54,799 nucleotides of DNA from a virus (lineage: Duplodnaviria; Caudoviricetes). The notes beneath the pieces are model-generated. The model had not been told where the DNA came from and ran no database searches. It worked only from the letters and a program-made list of their open reading frames with translations. The position numbers were made by a program, and so were the translations under genes. The stretch is taken from positions 1-54,799 of the IMG/VR virus record IMGVR_UViG_3300038566_000115. The stretch is one strand, 5' to 3'. Below are positions 16,255 through 26,746 of the stretch, piece by piece (position 1 is the first letter of the stretch; the number at the start of each line of letters is the position of its first letter).

Positions 16255-19008
16255 ATGGACATTAATAAATTTCTATCCACCGTCTTACCTAACGAGGGCG
16301 AGTTGGCAGTTAGCACACTCGCCTTTTCTGAGGGTGAGTCTGGTGCATACGGAACGCACTGGGTGAAGGACTCTACGGGAGTGGAGAAAGTCACCCAAGC
16401 GATAGCTCATTATAATAAACCCATCAACATATACGTTGGGCTTGCAGGGTTTAATTCTAAATCTCGTGTACGTACTGAGGCTAAGTGCGCTAAGACATTC
16501 CTACTCGACCTAGACGTAGGGAATATGAAGCATGCTAATAAGCAAGCAGCACTCAAGGCTTTGTTCCGGTTCATTTCAGAATCGCAGATACCTAAGCCAA
16601 CGTACGTACTAGATACGGGCAGTGGTATACATGCGTACTGGTGCCTACACAAGACCATCCCCATTGATAAGTGGACCGCTATTGCTAATGCAATACGAGG
16701 ATGTATAAAACATTACGGCCTTGTTGTCGATGATATAACACGGGACCCTACCAAGGGATTTAGGATTCCTAGTACATTCAATTACAAGACGGACCCACCG
16801 CGTCCAGTGCGAATACTCAAGGAGTGGGGTATTGTTAACGCAAAAGATTTAGTTATCGCACTACGAGATTGGATGGAGGTAACGCTACCACAAGTCGAAC
16901 TGCCTCCAGAGCTGCAAGCGGATTCTTCCCTCGAATTACCCGAGGTAGAGTATGGCCCTACCTTATTTGCTACGGCAATAACTAAGTGTAATTTATTGAA
17001 GAACGTACACGACACAGAGGGTAAGGAGGCTGACTATCAATTATGGTTACGTACGTTACAGTACTTATCAGCCTGTGAAGATGGTGAGGATTACGTGCAC
17101 AATGTATCCAGAGGGCATGAAGGGTATAGCGAAGCAAAGACTACAGCAAAATTTGCAGAGCTAAAGTCGCGAGAGTATAAACCACTACTGTGCGATACAT
17201 TACAATCATCTGCCCTGCAGACGTCGCACTGTAATGACTGCGATAACTGCCCACTAAACGGTAAAATTAAATCTCCCGCTGCTATACGTCCGGCGGCTGA
17301 GTTCCACATCCCGTTTGGATATAGCTACAACAAAGACGTAGGTATTGTTAAGCGAGGTAATAAAGACCTAGAGGAAGACGATAAAATAATATTCCCCTAC
17401 CAAGTGCAGGGCGTTGAGTTGTTATCTATGGACACTACCATGGCTGACTCAGTTCAACTGCAAGCGAACATACACGGACGGCAGCGTATTCAGTCCTGCT
17501 ATCTTCCCTTCGCAACGGTCACGGATAGTCGGGGATTCCACTCAGCTCTGTCGTCTAACGGGTTTATGCTTAACTCATTACAACTAAGAGATATGGGTAC
17601 TTTTATGACTGCTTGGATACGACAACTCCAAAGAGAGGTAACACCAAAGGTCGCTGTCCGTACATTCGGATGGCACGAAGAAGATAAGCAAATGGGGTTT
17701 GTGCTTGGTACTACTATGTACAAGAAGAACGATACCCACCAGATATCCGTAGTAGATAACGCACTGACTTCGCAGTACACACCGTCAGGCACGTTTGAGA
17801 AATGGAAGAACGCGGCCGACTTCATAGTTAAGCAAGGCACACCAGAGTTTTGTGCTACGTTGGCAGCAGGGTTCGCCGGACCACTGATTCGATTCACTGG
17901 TATATCAGGTGCATTGATATCGTTAGTCGGTGCGGCATCAGGCACAGGTAAATCCTCATGCTTACGTACATCGCAGTCTATATGGGGGAACCCCCGCCTC
18001 GGTATTAACGCACTAAATGATACAACAAATAGTGTTACTGCAAAGGTTGGGCTTCTTAACAATCTCCCCGTATATTGGGATGAGATACGAATCAAAGAAG
18101 ACGTCGCTGACTTCATACGTATGGCGTTCAGTTTAGGCCAAGGTAAATCTAAGCAGCGCTTATCAGCGTCGTCGCAGCTAAAGCATGTATATTCGTGGGA
18201 TACCTTAATGGTGTGTGCCTCGAACGAATCTATTATAGAGCACGTATATGCGACAGTGACTGACTCAGATGCAGGTGTACTACGCGTATTTGAATTGGAT
18301 GTCCAAGGTGGTTCCAAACCCATCGATAACTTAGCGGATATGATGAGTCGTTTCAAATCACTTGATGAAAACTATGGGCATGCGGGGGTTAAGTACATCG
18401 AATACCTCGTCGCTAACCAAGACTCTATACCACTATTGATAAAGCAAATCGCCGATAAGCTAGAAAAGCAAGTAACAGTAGGTGCGAACGAGCGGTTCTG
18501 GTTTTCTACTGTGGTGTCCCTTATTGCATCGGCTATGCTAGCGAAACGGGCCGGCATACTAGACTTCGATATACCCGCATTAAAGGACTACTTACTTGAA
18601 CGCTTCAACGTGATGCGTAATGTTAAGGTTACTGAATCACGTACGCAGGTAGATACACTCCATGACTATATGAACGCGAGTATACGTAACAGGTTGTATA
18701 CGGTAGGTATTAACAGGCACACTACAGGTAAGCCACCACCACAACCACTGGTCGACCCGAACGTTACTCCCTATGGAAGCATTTCATTTCATGAGGGGCG
18801 TGATTGTGGTGGACTGGTTCTGCCAATAACACCACTACGTTCATGGTGCATAAAGACTGGTACGTCCTATAATCAACTACGGGATAAGTTAGTTAAGGAA
18901 TGTGCCGCAACGGTAGAGAGGATATCACTCGGTAGCGGCACAGAGTTTGCGATTGGTCGGGTGCGGTGTATCTACATACCAGAATATAAACGTAAGATTA
19001 AACATTAG
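16255..19008 (+). CDS. Primase-helicase (AEP/RepB-like N-terminus, DUF927-type ATPase)
   Basis: LDLD and TGSGIHAYW primase motifs, RIPSTFNYK, Cys cluster, FGW, Walker A GTGKSS and WDE Walker B. Confidence 0.85.
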   Translation: MDINKFLSTVLPNEGELAVSTLAFSEGESGAYGTHWVKDSTGVEKVTQAIAHYNKPINIYVGLAGFNSKSRVRTEAKCAKTFLLDLDVGNMKHANKQAALKALFRFISESQIPKPTYVLDTGSGIHAYWCLHKTIPIDKWTAIANAIRGCIKHYGLVVDDITRDPTKGFRIPSTFNYKTDPPRPVRILKEWGIVNAKDLVIALRDWMEVTLPQVELPPELQADSSLELPEVEYGPTLFATAITKCNLLKNVHDTEGKEADYQLWLRTLQYLSACEDGEDYVHNVSRGHEGYSEAKTTAKFAELKSREYKPLLCDTLQSSALQTSHCNDCDNCPLNGKIKSPAAIRPAAEFHIPFGYSYNKDVGIVKRGNKDLEEDDKIIFPYQVQGVELLSMDTTMADSVQLQANIHGRQRIQSCYLPFATVTDSRGFHSALSSNGFMLNSLQLRDMGTFMTAWIRQLQREVTPKVAVRTFGWHEEDKQMGFVLGTTMYKKNDTHQISVVDNALTSQYTPSGTFEKWKNAADFIVKQGTPEFCATLAAGFAGPLIRFTGISGALISLVGAASGTGKSSCLRTSQSIWGNPRLGINALNDTTNSVTAKVGLLNNLPVYWDEIRIKEDVADFIRMAFSLGQGKSKQRLSASSQLKHVYSWDTLMVCASNESIIEHVYATVTDSDAGVLRVFELDVQGGSKPIDNLADMMSRFKSLDENYGHAGVKYIEYLVANQDSIPLLIKQIADKLEKQVTVGANERFWFSTVVSLIASAMLAKRAGILDFDIPALKDYLLERFNVMRNVKVTESRTQVDTLHDYMNASIRNRLYTVGINRHTTGKPPPQPLVDPNVTPYGSISFHEGRDCGGLVLPITPLRSWCIKTGTSYNQLRDKLVKECAATVERISLGSGTEFAIGRVRCIYIPEYKRKIKH

Positions 19009-19016
19009 GAGTCGAC

Positions 19017-19094
19017 ATGAAACGTTGTAACTACTGTCATCGACTATGTAAGAAGCTAACTAAGGGGCGATGCGAGCGCTACCCACCACAATAG
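19017..19094 (+). CDS. Cys-rich micro-ORF (25 aa)
   Basis: AGGAG RBS; MKRCNYCHRLCKKLTKGRCERYPPQ. Confidence 0.35.
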   Translation: MKRCNYCHRLCKKLTKGRCERYPPQ

Positions 19095-19099
19095 TATTT

Positions 19100-19177
19100 G
19101 CTACGTAACACCTTCTTGTAACGTAGTAGTATGCACTCTGGAAGACGTACTACTACATTCCGTTACGTAGCTTTTTT
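19100..19177 (+). terminator. Long nested hairpin plus T-tract ending the + strand arm
   Basis: GCTACGTAAC (19100-19109)/GTTACGTAGC (19162-19171), inner stem 19123-19133/19146-19156, then TTTTTT. Confidence 0.6.
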
Positions 19178-19190
19178 CTTCCGAAGTATC

Positions 19191-19229
19191 GGTACCCCCT
19201 GATGAAGCGCCCCCGAGTCGGGGGGTACC
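19191..19229 (-). terminator. GC-rich hairpin just after the last late gene
   Basis: GGTACCCCC/GGGGGTACC inverted repeat 2 nt from the stop at 19232. No clear U-tract on the - strand. Confidence 0.45.
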
Positions 19230-19231
19230 CC

Positions 19232-22200
19232 CTATAGACCTTCTATCCCTTCCTCACCTCCACGCAAACCAGATGGATTATATTTGGATTGCCGTTCCCT
19301 TTCTCTCGCCTCCTTAACAGCGCGAGTAACATCCTTAATCGTAATACGTTTACCTAGCCTTGCTTTTGCAATGGTGCGGTTATATTCCGATATCTCTTCC
19401 TTCGCATCCTTAAGGCTCCTACCACGTAGCGATGCCTGTACATAACTGGCTAAGGCTGAACGGCGGGCAGATTTCCCCACGTCCTGCTGTGCCCAGTCTG
19501 ACATACGGTCAGCCCAATACACAGCTTCTTCGTGCGGGGTAAATCCAAACGCTTTACTCGCGGCTGTCTTGGCGGATGGTGGTAGCAGTTGCCTACCTGA
19601 CTTGGATAGTAACCCTTCGGTAGCTCGCTCATAGGCTTGGGTTAAGTCACGTATAAACTTAACTGGTATCGCATACTTCAAGGTCGCTTCTACTTTACCT
19701 TGCCCACTCTCTATTGCCCTAATGTAAGATTTAACATTCTGATACCCTGAACCTACTATTGGTCCTATCAAGCTAGAGCCGAAAGTATCCGCCCACCACT
19801 CGAACCCGTGCTCTTGTGAGGTGTTGGTTAATAGCCTGTGCATACCCGCACGAGAAGAGAAGTCTATACCCAACATAGCATTATACATACCATATGTTAT
19901 GAACTCTGCTACCTGCGGTCCAGCTACTTGCTCAACCATGTCGTACACCAAGCGCTCTGGTCTATCAAGTATCTCGTCTTCTGCTTCATCGAGTCCTAGT
20001 CCGACCAACCCAAGCGTTGAGTTGAGTATAGTCGCCGCCAAACGCACCGGTTCTATGAAGAGTGCGCCGCTAGTTCCCGTGAACAATTGAGATACTAACG
20101 CCACCCCTGCCAATGTACGCATTGCCTTAGCTTTATCCTCTTGGCTGCGCCCCTCGCGCATGAACCCACGGTATATCTGCGTCGATATCATAGAGTACAG
20201 ACCTAATGGATACATCTTCATCGCGGATATAACCTTGAGTGCCGCATTACCTACCATCCAATCTGGACGATTTAATATGTCGTAGTTTATTTGTGTTTGG
20301 TCAATGGCGTTCTGTGCTTCCTTCACTGCGACTTCATGTGACTGCCCTGAATCCCGCGCCATTTCATACGCTGCTATAGCAGTAACCGACCGGTTAACCA
20401 TTTCCGATATCTGGTTGACTACCCTACCCATAGAGAGTACGCGGTGTGCTCCTTCACCTGCGCCCTCTAGTATCTTGGCACCCACTGCAGTATCCTTTTT
20501 GTTTAAGCTAGACACAGGCGAGGATGCCATTTCATGCAACTCGTTAGTAAAGGTATGTTCTATACTTCCAGTCTCTACAAGTTTATCAAGCATAGAATTG
20601 ATATCATCTGCTAGTGGACCCTCACCTACGTTCGCTTTTATCTGCCTGAACATATCATCATAGACTACTTCGTCACCGGATAGCGCATTAGCACCGCCGC
20701 GTTCAGCCAGTACCTTACGTATAGCTGGACCCATAACCCTGCCGTGTGCCCGTGAAACATAGCTAAACGCGCTATTTATCCCAGACTGTGAAGTACCGCC
20801 ATGGTACTTACCAGATAAGTAAGGTACTGTTAACATCCAAGGTTGATGTAAGTTAATGATGGGATGCGATGGTGACATCAATGTATTCGTGAACCCAAGT
20901 CCTGACAATACTTGTAACAGTGCGCCACTCGAATCATTCCTATCGATACGCCCCGCCAACTCAGCAACAATCGAATCATTGCGGTCTTTCTCTTCCGGTG
21001 TTTTCCCCTCATTAACCTTTTCAATATCCGCCCTAAGTTTCGCTTGCTCCGGCGCTGTCTCCAACGCAGAGATATACCGACCAGTACTCTCGACGTACTT
21101 AGCCATACCCTGTACTAAATCAACATTGGTTCCTGCTATGCCCTGTCGCTTAACATGTCGCGTTAGCATAGATGAGTCTGGTAACATTTTGTAGAACTCT
21201 TGTATCGCCGGCGAGCCCTCCGTATTTTCCCCTGATAGTTTCTTAATTACGTTTAATACTTCCTCAGTAGACAGCATGCCCACTGAATCCTTCTGGATAT
21301 TACGTGGGATTAATTTGTTCGTTACCTTCCACCCATCAGGGAACCCTTCACGGTTAAGTTCGGCAATCTCACGTAGGTTCTCGTTAGACGATGGGTTAAC
21401 TCTAAACCCTTTCTCACTCTCGGTTACTAGGTAAGAATCACCCTCCAATTCAATCTTAACCGTTGGTACTCCACCCTGTACACCGCGTGTACCTAGCAAC
21501 TTACCTTTTAGTTTCTCGGCGGCTTCTTTAGTACTAACTACATGCTCTCGCGCAGTGTGTAAAGAGAACCCGTGAGTACCGTCACGATAAGAAGGTACAT
21601 AGATACCGTTCTTTTGTTTGTTGTACTGCTTGTTCGTAGATAGGAGCATCTTAGCTGTACCTTCAAACACAGCATTAGGTTGCCCACCTTTACCATAGAA
21701 CCTGTCATGTATGTGGGGAGGCATGGTAGACAGTATTTCATCCAAGTCCTCGTCACTCTTAACGTCCTTTAACCTCCCTATTAGCGAGGTTGATGGGTTC
21801 GTCATACCATGCCTGTACATTAGTGCTTTGACTAGTGCGGTGTGCATCTTGTTGTTCGCATCTTTATAGTAAGACGTCAGTGTCTTGAACACTTCCTTAA
21901 GCGGAGGAGGCAGTGAATTGTATTCACTACGGACTCGGCTATACAGTGGGCGTTTAGCTTTTTTCTGTTTATCGCTCAGCCACGTATGTACTTGCAACGG
22001 TATGCGAGGGTCTATCTGTTGGTAAGAAGCATCTAGCATAAGGCTAGTCAGTGACTGGCGTTGAACATCAGTGATGCCCTTACTTGCTAATAAGTCCCGA
22101 ACATACCTAACCTTATTGAAATTATCATGGATATACTTAGTGCCTAGCCGTACTCTCCTACGTGCATTGTCGAGCATCCCTCGCAATAATTCCTTTCCAT

Positions 22201-25200
22201 TCACCCCAACCATACTGTCAGAGAACTTTTCTACTAGTCCATCAGAGGTTTCTAATACGCGGCGGTAAATTTTACCTGTTGTATTAGCGATGTCTTGTAG
22301 TTTACTTCGCCCTGCAGCACCTGCCCCACCATCAGCGGGGTTATCTTGTATGTCATTAAAGTACAGCTCACCAAGACCGCCACCCCCATCGCCGTTCTGT
22401 AGTGCAATGAGTTCCAGTTCTGCGTCTTCTATGTATTCTTTCTCCTCCACTGCCTCTCTCTGCTCAGTGGCAGTAGACACCTTATCGCTATTGCGTACGA
22501 GTTCGCGCATCCTATCCGCAGCTTTCGTTGCTTGCGCCTCTGTCATACCCAACGATTTAAGTAGTGCGTCGCGGGGGGGAGTCACCAGTTTATTATCACT
22601 GCCAAGTTCTGTTCCTAGTGTACGTAGCTGGGTAATAGTATCTATGGTTGGTCGGCCATGCGTAGCGATATCACTTGATACTGCGGCAGATGCGGCGGAA
22701 ACTTCTAGCATTTGGTCGAAGAATGTTTTTGGTTTTATACTCGACGGCAGTATCCGCTTGAGTATTGATAGCACAGCGTCAACCATTTGGTCGTACAATG
22801 ATTTGTGCGCTGCGCGGTGGTCTTTAAGCAAAGAACTTACAGTCTCATTGGCTGGCATAGCTTTCATAGCATTCTGTACTTCTTGATTAACAAGAAATTC
22901 AGTTGCCAACTCAAGTGGGTTCTTAGTAGCATAGGATACTTCTGGGCTGACCGCACCGCTCTTATTTACTTCCGTCGTAAAGTCCCTATAAATTTCATCC
23001 ATCGCTGCCTTTAACGTAGGGTCGTTGGTTAGTGCCGGTACCGTAACTGCATGGCCTAGTTCGTGTATAAAGCTATACACGAGCATGGGGTCCGACGATA
23101 CATCATCGTTAAGTATTACAGTGCCGTCACCCACTCCAGAAATAGCGGCATCTTCCTTTAACTCGTTATATATCTTTATGATGTCAGAGTCTAAGGCGTC
23201 TGAATACCCGTACTTCTCTCTCAATGTAGATAGAGATTTACGTAGGGGTCCAGCGTGAGCTAAGTATTTACCTAGATGACTGCCGACTACTCTATCGGCA
23301 ACGTACTCACTTATCCTTACATCTGAACTCGATAAGAATACCTGCATCGCTTCCAAGGTTTCCCGCGCCTTAGACTTAGGCGGCAACGCCCCAACAAACT
23401 CTGCGATAAACTCACTAGCATTACTAGACTTGTCCGCTCGTAAGCCCTGTACGCGAGAGTTTTGATTCGCAATGTCCACACCGACCTCTAGGTTATTCTT
23501 TATCATGGTCGCTTCTTGCGGCGTGATTACAGAATATCCACTATCGGTGTTAGTACCACCACTCAACACATCAGACACCACGGAAGTTTTTTCTTTCTCG
23601 GCCTTCGCTAAAAATTCATCTGCGGCATCAGGTTTTGTTTCATCAGTCTCTTGTGTAGACTTTTTCTTAGCCTTAGCTTTTATTGATTCGCCCTTAGCCG
23701 CTGGCTTTTTCTTCTTAGGCTTAGGTGGTACTGGACTCTCACTTAACGCATCGATACTGTCAGCCAACTGCTCTATAATCTTCGGTGCGGTATTGCGGTT
23801 ACGGGATGCAGATTGTACACCTGTTAATGCGTTTGATACATGCGTCGCTGCCTTCGCCACCAACCCATCGATATCTGGTGTACGTACAGACTCTGGGGCG
23901 GCAAGCACTGCTGTCTGTAATATATCCCCTATGAATTCAGCGGGGAAGGATTTAGTTTTCGCATCTTTATTGGCTCTATCTACTATACTGGCGGCATCAC
24001 GTAGGTACTTAGTGAACTCATCTTTAGTTTTACCTGAGTCCTTATCAGCATGAGCGAGCACATCAGCTATAGCAGGGTGGCCCACGCCGGATTCGGATAA
24101 CTCATGGAGCTTCTTAAGTGCTGCCTTAGCTGCCATCTTACGTCGGGCTGGAGTCTTACCCTCAATACCTGAATCAATGAGTCGATTCACTTCCGCTAAC
24201 TTACGCGATAGCTTTTTATTTAGCGGTCCCTTTCTGCCCGTAGACTTCTCTACGTTTGATATTAAGTTCTGCAGCTTGGCAGTCTCTCCTTTTAATGGAG
24301 TCCACAACGCTGCTTTTACTTTATCTGTGTGAACCTTAAATGCTTTGGCTCGTTGCTGTACCTTGTTACCTTCTGCGTTCTTATCGTACATATGCTTGAA
24401 GTCGAGAGTAGAATCTAGCTCTGCTAAATCATCCTTATCTAACTTGTTCTGGCCCAAGAACACTGCATCATACTTACGCTTGGTACGTTCTACAAACGAG
24501 TTAGGGTTATCAAGCGGTAGCGCTGTCTGCCGATTAACATCCCCGCCGCCTTCATCTGTAGGGGTTGGAGTGGCGGGTATCGCTTCTTTCTTCTGCTTGT
24601 TTGTTTTATTACTTCCCGTACCATCAAGATTAAATTCTCGTTGGGGAGTAGAATTATTTACCGGCGCTGCAGTATCTTTGACAGCGGGCTTCTTTTTCTG
24701 TTGGGTTGGTTTAGGTTCAGCTTTTTTAACTGACTCCTGTTTCACAGGTCCCTCTTCCTTAGCTACCTCCGTGACAGGCGCTTTAGTTTCCTCAGCTTTT
24801 TCAACTTTTTTAGTTTTACTCGCTGCGTTAACTGCAGCGCGGGAATCCTCAAGGAATCCAATGGGGTCTGTCTTAACATTGTTCTCTCCATCGACTTCTC
24901 CCACCCCAGCAAGGGATTCTTCTAGGCTAATCTGTTTGTCTAACATCGCATCGTGTAGCGCTGTTTCTTCTATTGATGCAGTATCATCTGCGACTTTCGG
25001 AGATAATTCTGCCAGCTTCTTATCGATTTCTAATATACGCCCTATGGTCTCCGAAACGCTATCCAATGTAGCAGCGACCTTCGGGGGTGCGGAGGGACTA
25101 GAAGGGGTAGGTGGACGTGAGTTTTCAATGCGTTGCTTATCTGCACCCTTCGCAATTTGCTTCTGGGTGTTGGGGGTTAGAACAGCGGCAAGGCTACCAC

Positions 25201-26743
25201 CTTGTATCCCACCAACAAATGCACCTAGTGTACCTTGCTTAAGCGCTTTAACTACGGTACCCCAGTCTGCCTCTATGCTACCGCGTTCTGGAGCACCGGC
25301 ATATTTATCTGTGATAGCGGCTTCGGTTCCTTCTTGTAGAAATTCTTGACCGCTCTCTGCGAGAGCGGCTGTTCCCGCTGCAGCTTTACGTGTACCGGCA
25401 AGTCGAGTACCGGTGAATAACTTACCTGTAATCTTATCAATCCCTGTTAGCTTGCCGGCTGCTAATGTTGACATAGCTGCCATCGCTACGCCCCGTGAAC
25501 TAAGTAGCTCAGCTAGCTGCGTACGTGCTGTATCGTTAGCGTATGCCTCTGACCTACCCTCTGCTATCAGTGCGTCGCGTATACGAGTGTACGCTTCTAA
25601 GGATTCTAAGTTATCTTGCTCCGCTGTATTGATAGCATCATAGACTTCTTTGCGTACCCCTGCGCTCACACTAAGGGCCTCTTCTGCTAACACTGTCTTA
25701 CCAACTATTTTAGCTCTCTGGTCATTAAGATACTTCAATGCAGACTTAGCGTCCTTAGCTACGCCTGCTTCGACCATTTCCTTCGCTAACTTTCCTGCAG
25801 TCTTAGTAGATATTTTACTTGCTACGCCAGAAATACCACCTGCTAATACCATTTCGGTTGCAGATGACATTACGATATCGGCTACTGCCACAGGATTAGT
25901 TACAATTGCGCCGATAGTACTTAGTACTCCATCTGCTGAATCTAGTTCAGACTGTAGGTTTTGCTTTGACTCTGTTACATACTTAGGCTCATAAGACTGT
26001 GCCCATTGGCCGGAAGTATACTCACCAAAATCTTTAGCGGCCTTCACTGCTTCAAGTCCCCGCCATGCTTTAGATGAACGGCGCAAGTATGCAGCCATAT
26101 CGTGTAGCGCAGAAGTATCTTTATCTTTTGCTTTGATACTTGCGGCCCTTACAGCAGTAGCGATAGAAGGGGATGTGCCTGAGTCGGGTTCATCAGAAGC
26201 CCACTGGCGTACAGCGCGGTATATGTCAGAAGCTAATGCTAGCGGTGTGCCTGTCGACTGTAGTATTGCTTTCTTTACGCTTGGGTCGGCATCAGAAAAT
26301 TCTCCGGCCGCTTCCGCTACCAATGCTAGGATGTCCGTTGCAGTCGCAGGTAAATCTGCAGCGCCTGATATGGCGTGGCCTATACCTTGCCCACCGAAAG
26401 ACTTGTACCATTCTGCCTCTTGTTCTGGTCCCTCTCCTACTGGCGGTGGGGCAGGCGCATCGAACTCAATCGCCTCACCATCCATAGAATCGTAGCCAGC
26501 TTGCGGGTCTTGTTGCGATGCACCTCTACCAACCGCTATGCCCATACGTTGTGGTGTTGGGTCAACATGGTCGAACCCCAACGCACGTTTTACCTCTGCC
26601 CTTGCAAACTTATCATGTTGAGCGTTTAGGTCTTCCCTGTTTCTATAGGGTGCGGTTGGTATAGCAGTGGGTTTACCTCTAGCTAGACGCTCTTTCTCCT
26701 CGTCACTAAGTGTACGCACATCAACATTGTTTTGGTTTTGCAT
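19232..26743 (-). CDS. Giant internal virion (ejection) protein, polyvalent-like, with zincin motif
   Basis: 2503 aa, last gene of the structural arm, Ala/Gly-rich helical N-terminus, HELGH plus downstream E, hydrophobic C-terminal segments. Confidence 0.75.
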   Translation of the reverse strand: MQNQNNVDVRTLSDEEKERLARGKPTAIPTAPYRNREDLNAQHDKFARAEVKRALGFDHVDPTPQRMGIAVGRGASQQDPQAGYDSMDGEAIEFDAPAPPPVGEGPEQEAEWYKSFGGQGIGHAISGAADLPATATDILALVAEAAGEFSDADPSVKKAILQSTGTPLALASDIYRAVRQWASDEPDSGTSPSIATAVRAASIKAKDKDTSALHDMAAYLRRSSKAWRGLEAVKAAKDFGEYTSGQWAQSYEPKYVTESKQNLQSELDSADGVLSTIGAIVTNPVAVADIVMSSATEMVLAGGISGVASKISTKTAGKLAKEMVEAGVAKDAKSALKYLNDQRAKIVGKTVLAEEALSVSAGVRKEVYDAINTAEQDNLESLEAYTRIRDALIAEGRSEAYANDTARTQLAELLSSRGVAMAAMSTLAAGKLTGIDKITGKLFTGTRLAGTRKAAAGTAALAESGQEFLQEGTEAAITDKYAGAPERGSIEADWGTVVKALKQGTLGAFVGGIQGGSLAAVLTPNTQKQIAKGADKQRIENSRPPTPSSPSAPPKVAATLDSVSETIGRILEIDKKLAELSPKVADDTASIEETALHDAMLDKQISLEESLAGVGEVDGENNVKTDPIGFLEDSRAAVNAASKTKKVEKAEETKAPVTEVAKEEGPVKQESVKKAEPKPTQQKKKPAVKDTAAPVNNSTPQREFNLDGTGSNKTNKQKKEAIPATPTPTDEGGGDVNRQTALPLDNPNSFVERTKRKYDAVFLGQNKLDKDDLAELDSTLDFKHMYDKNAEGNKVQQRAKAFKVHTDKVKAALWTPLKGETAKLQNLISNVEKSTGRKGPLNKKLSRKLAEVNRLIDSGIEGKTPARRKMAAKAALKKLHELSESGVGHPAIADVLAHADKDSGKTKDEFTKYLRDAASIVDRANKDAKTKSFPAEFIGDILQTAVLAAPESVRTPDIDGLVAKAATHVSNALTGVQSASRNRNTAPKIIEQLADSIDALSESPVPPKPKKKKPAAKGESIKAKAKKKSTQETDETKPDAADEFLAKAEKEKTSVVSDVLSGGTNTDSGYSVITPQEATMIKNNLEVGVDIANQNSRVQGLRADKSSNASEFIAEFVGALPPKSKARETLEAMQVFLSSSDVRISEYVADRVVGSHLGKYLAHAGPLRKSLSTLREKYGYSDALDSDIIKIYNELKEDAAISGVGDGTVILNDDVSSDPMLVYSFIHELGHAVTVPALTNDPTLKAAMDEIYRDFTTEVNKSGAVSPEVSYATKNPLELATEFLVNQEVQNAMKAMPANETVSSLLKDHRAAHKSLYDQMVDAVLSILKRILPSSIKPKTFFDQMLEVSAASAAVSSDIATHGRPTIDTITQLRTLGTELGSDNKLVTPPRDALLKSLGMTEAQATKAADRMRELVRNSDKVSTATEQREAVEEKEYIEDAELELIALQNGDGGGGLGELYFNDIQDNPADGGAGAAGRSKLQDIANTTGKIYRRVLETSDGLVEKFSDSMVGVNGKELLRGMLDNARRRVRLGTKYIHDNFNKVRYVRDLLASKGITDVQRQSLTSLMLDASYQQIDPRIPLQVHTWLSDKQKKAKRPLYSRVRSEYNSLPPPLKEVFKTLTSYYKDANNKMHTALVKALMYRHGMTNPSTSLIGRLKDVKSDEDLDEILSTMPPHIHDRFYGKGGQPNAVFEGTAKMLLSTNKQYNKQKNGIYVPSYRDGTHGFSLHTAREHVVSTKEAAEKLKGKLLGTRGVQGGVPTVKIELEGDSYLVTESEKGFRVNPSSNENLREIAELNREGFPDGWKVTNKLIPRNIQKDSVGMLSTEEVLNVIKKLSGENTEGSPAIQEFYKMLPDSSMLTRHVKRQGIAGTNVDLVQGMAKYVESTGRYISALETAPEQAKLRADIEKVNEGKTPEEKDRNDSIVAELAGRIDRNDSSGALLQVLSGLGFTNTLMSPSHPIINLHQPWMLTVPYLSGKYHGGTSQSGINSAFSYVSRAHGRVMGPAIRKVLAERGGANALSGDEVVYDDMFRQIKANVGEGPLADDINSMLDKLVETGSIEHTFTNELHEMASSPVSSLNKKDTAVGAKILEGAGEGAHRVLSMGRVVNQISEMVNRSVTAIAAYEMARDSGQSHEVAVKEAQNAIDQTQINYDILNRPDWMVGNAALKVISAMKMYPLGLYSMISTQIYRGFMREGRSQEDKAKAMRTLAGVALVSQLFTGTSGALFIEPVRLAATILNSTLGLVGLGLDEAEDEILDRPERLVYDMVEQVAGPQVAEFITYGMYNAMLGIDFSSRAGMHRLLTNTSQEHGFEWWADTFGSSLIGPIVGSGYQNVKSYIRAIESGQGKVEATLKYAIPVKFIRDLTQAYERATEGLLSKSGRQLLPPSAKTAASKAFGFTPHEEAVYWADRMSDWAQQDVGKSARRSALASYVQASLRGRSLKDAKEEISEYNRTIAKARLGKRITIKDVTRAVKEARERERQSKYNPSGLRGGEEGIEGL

Positions 26744-26746
26744 CGA

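Noticed and set aside
19199-19230. CTGATGA suggesting a hammerhead ribozyme
   Set aside because: No downstream GAAA or compatible three-stem arrangement; better explained as a simple hairpin.
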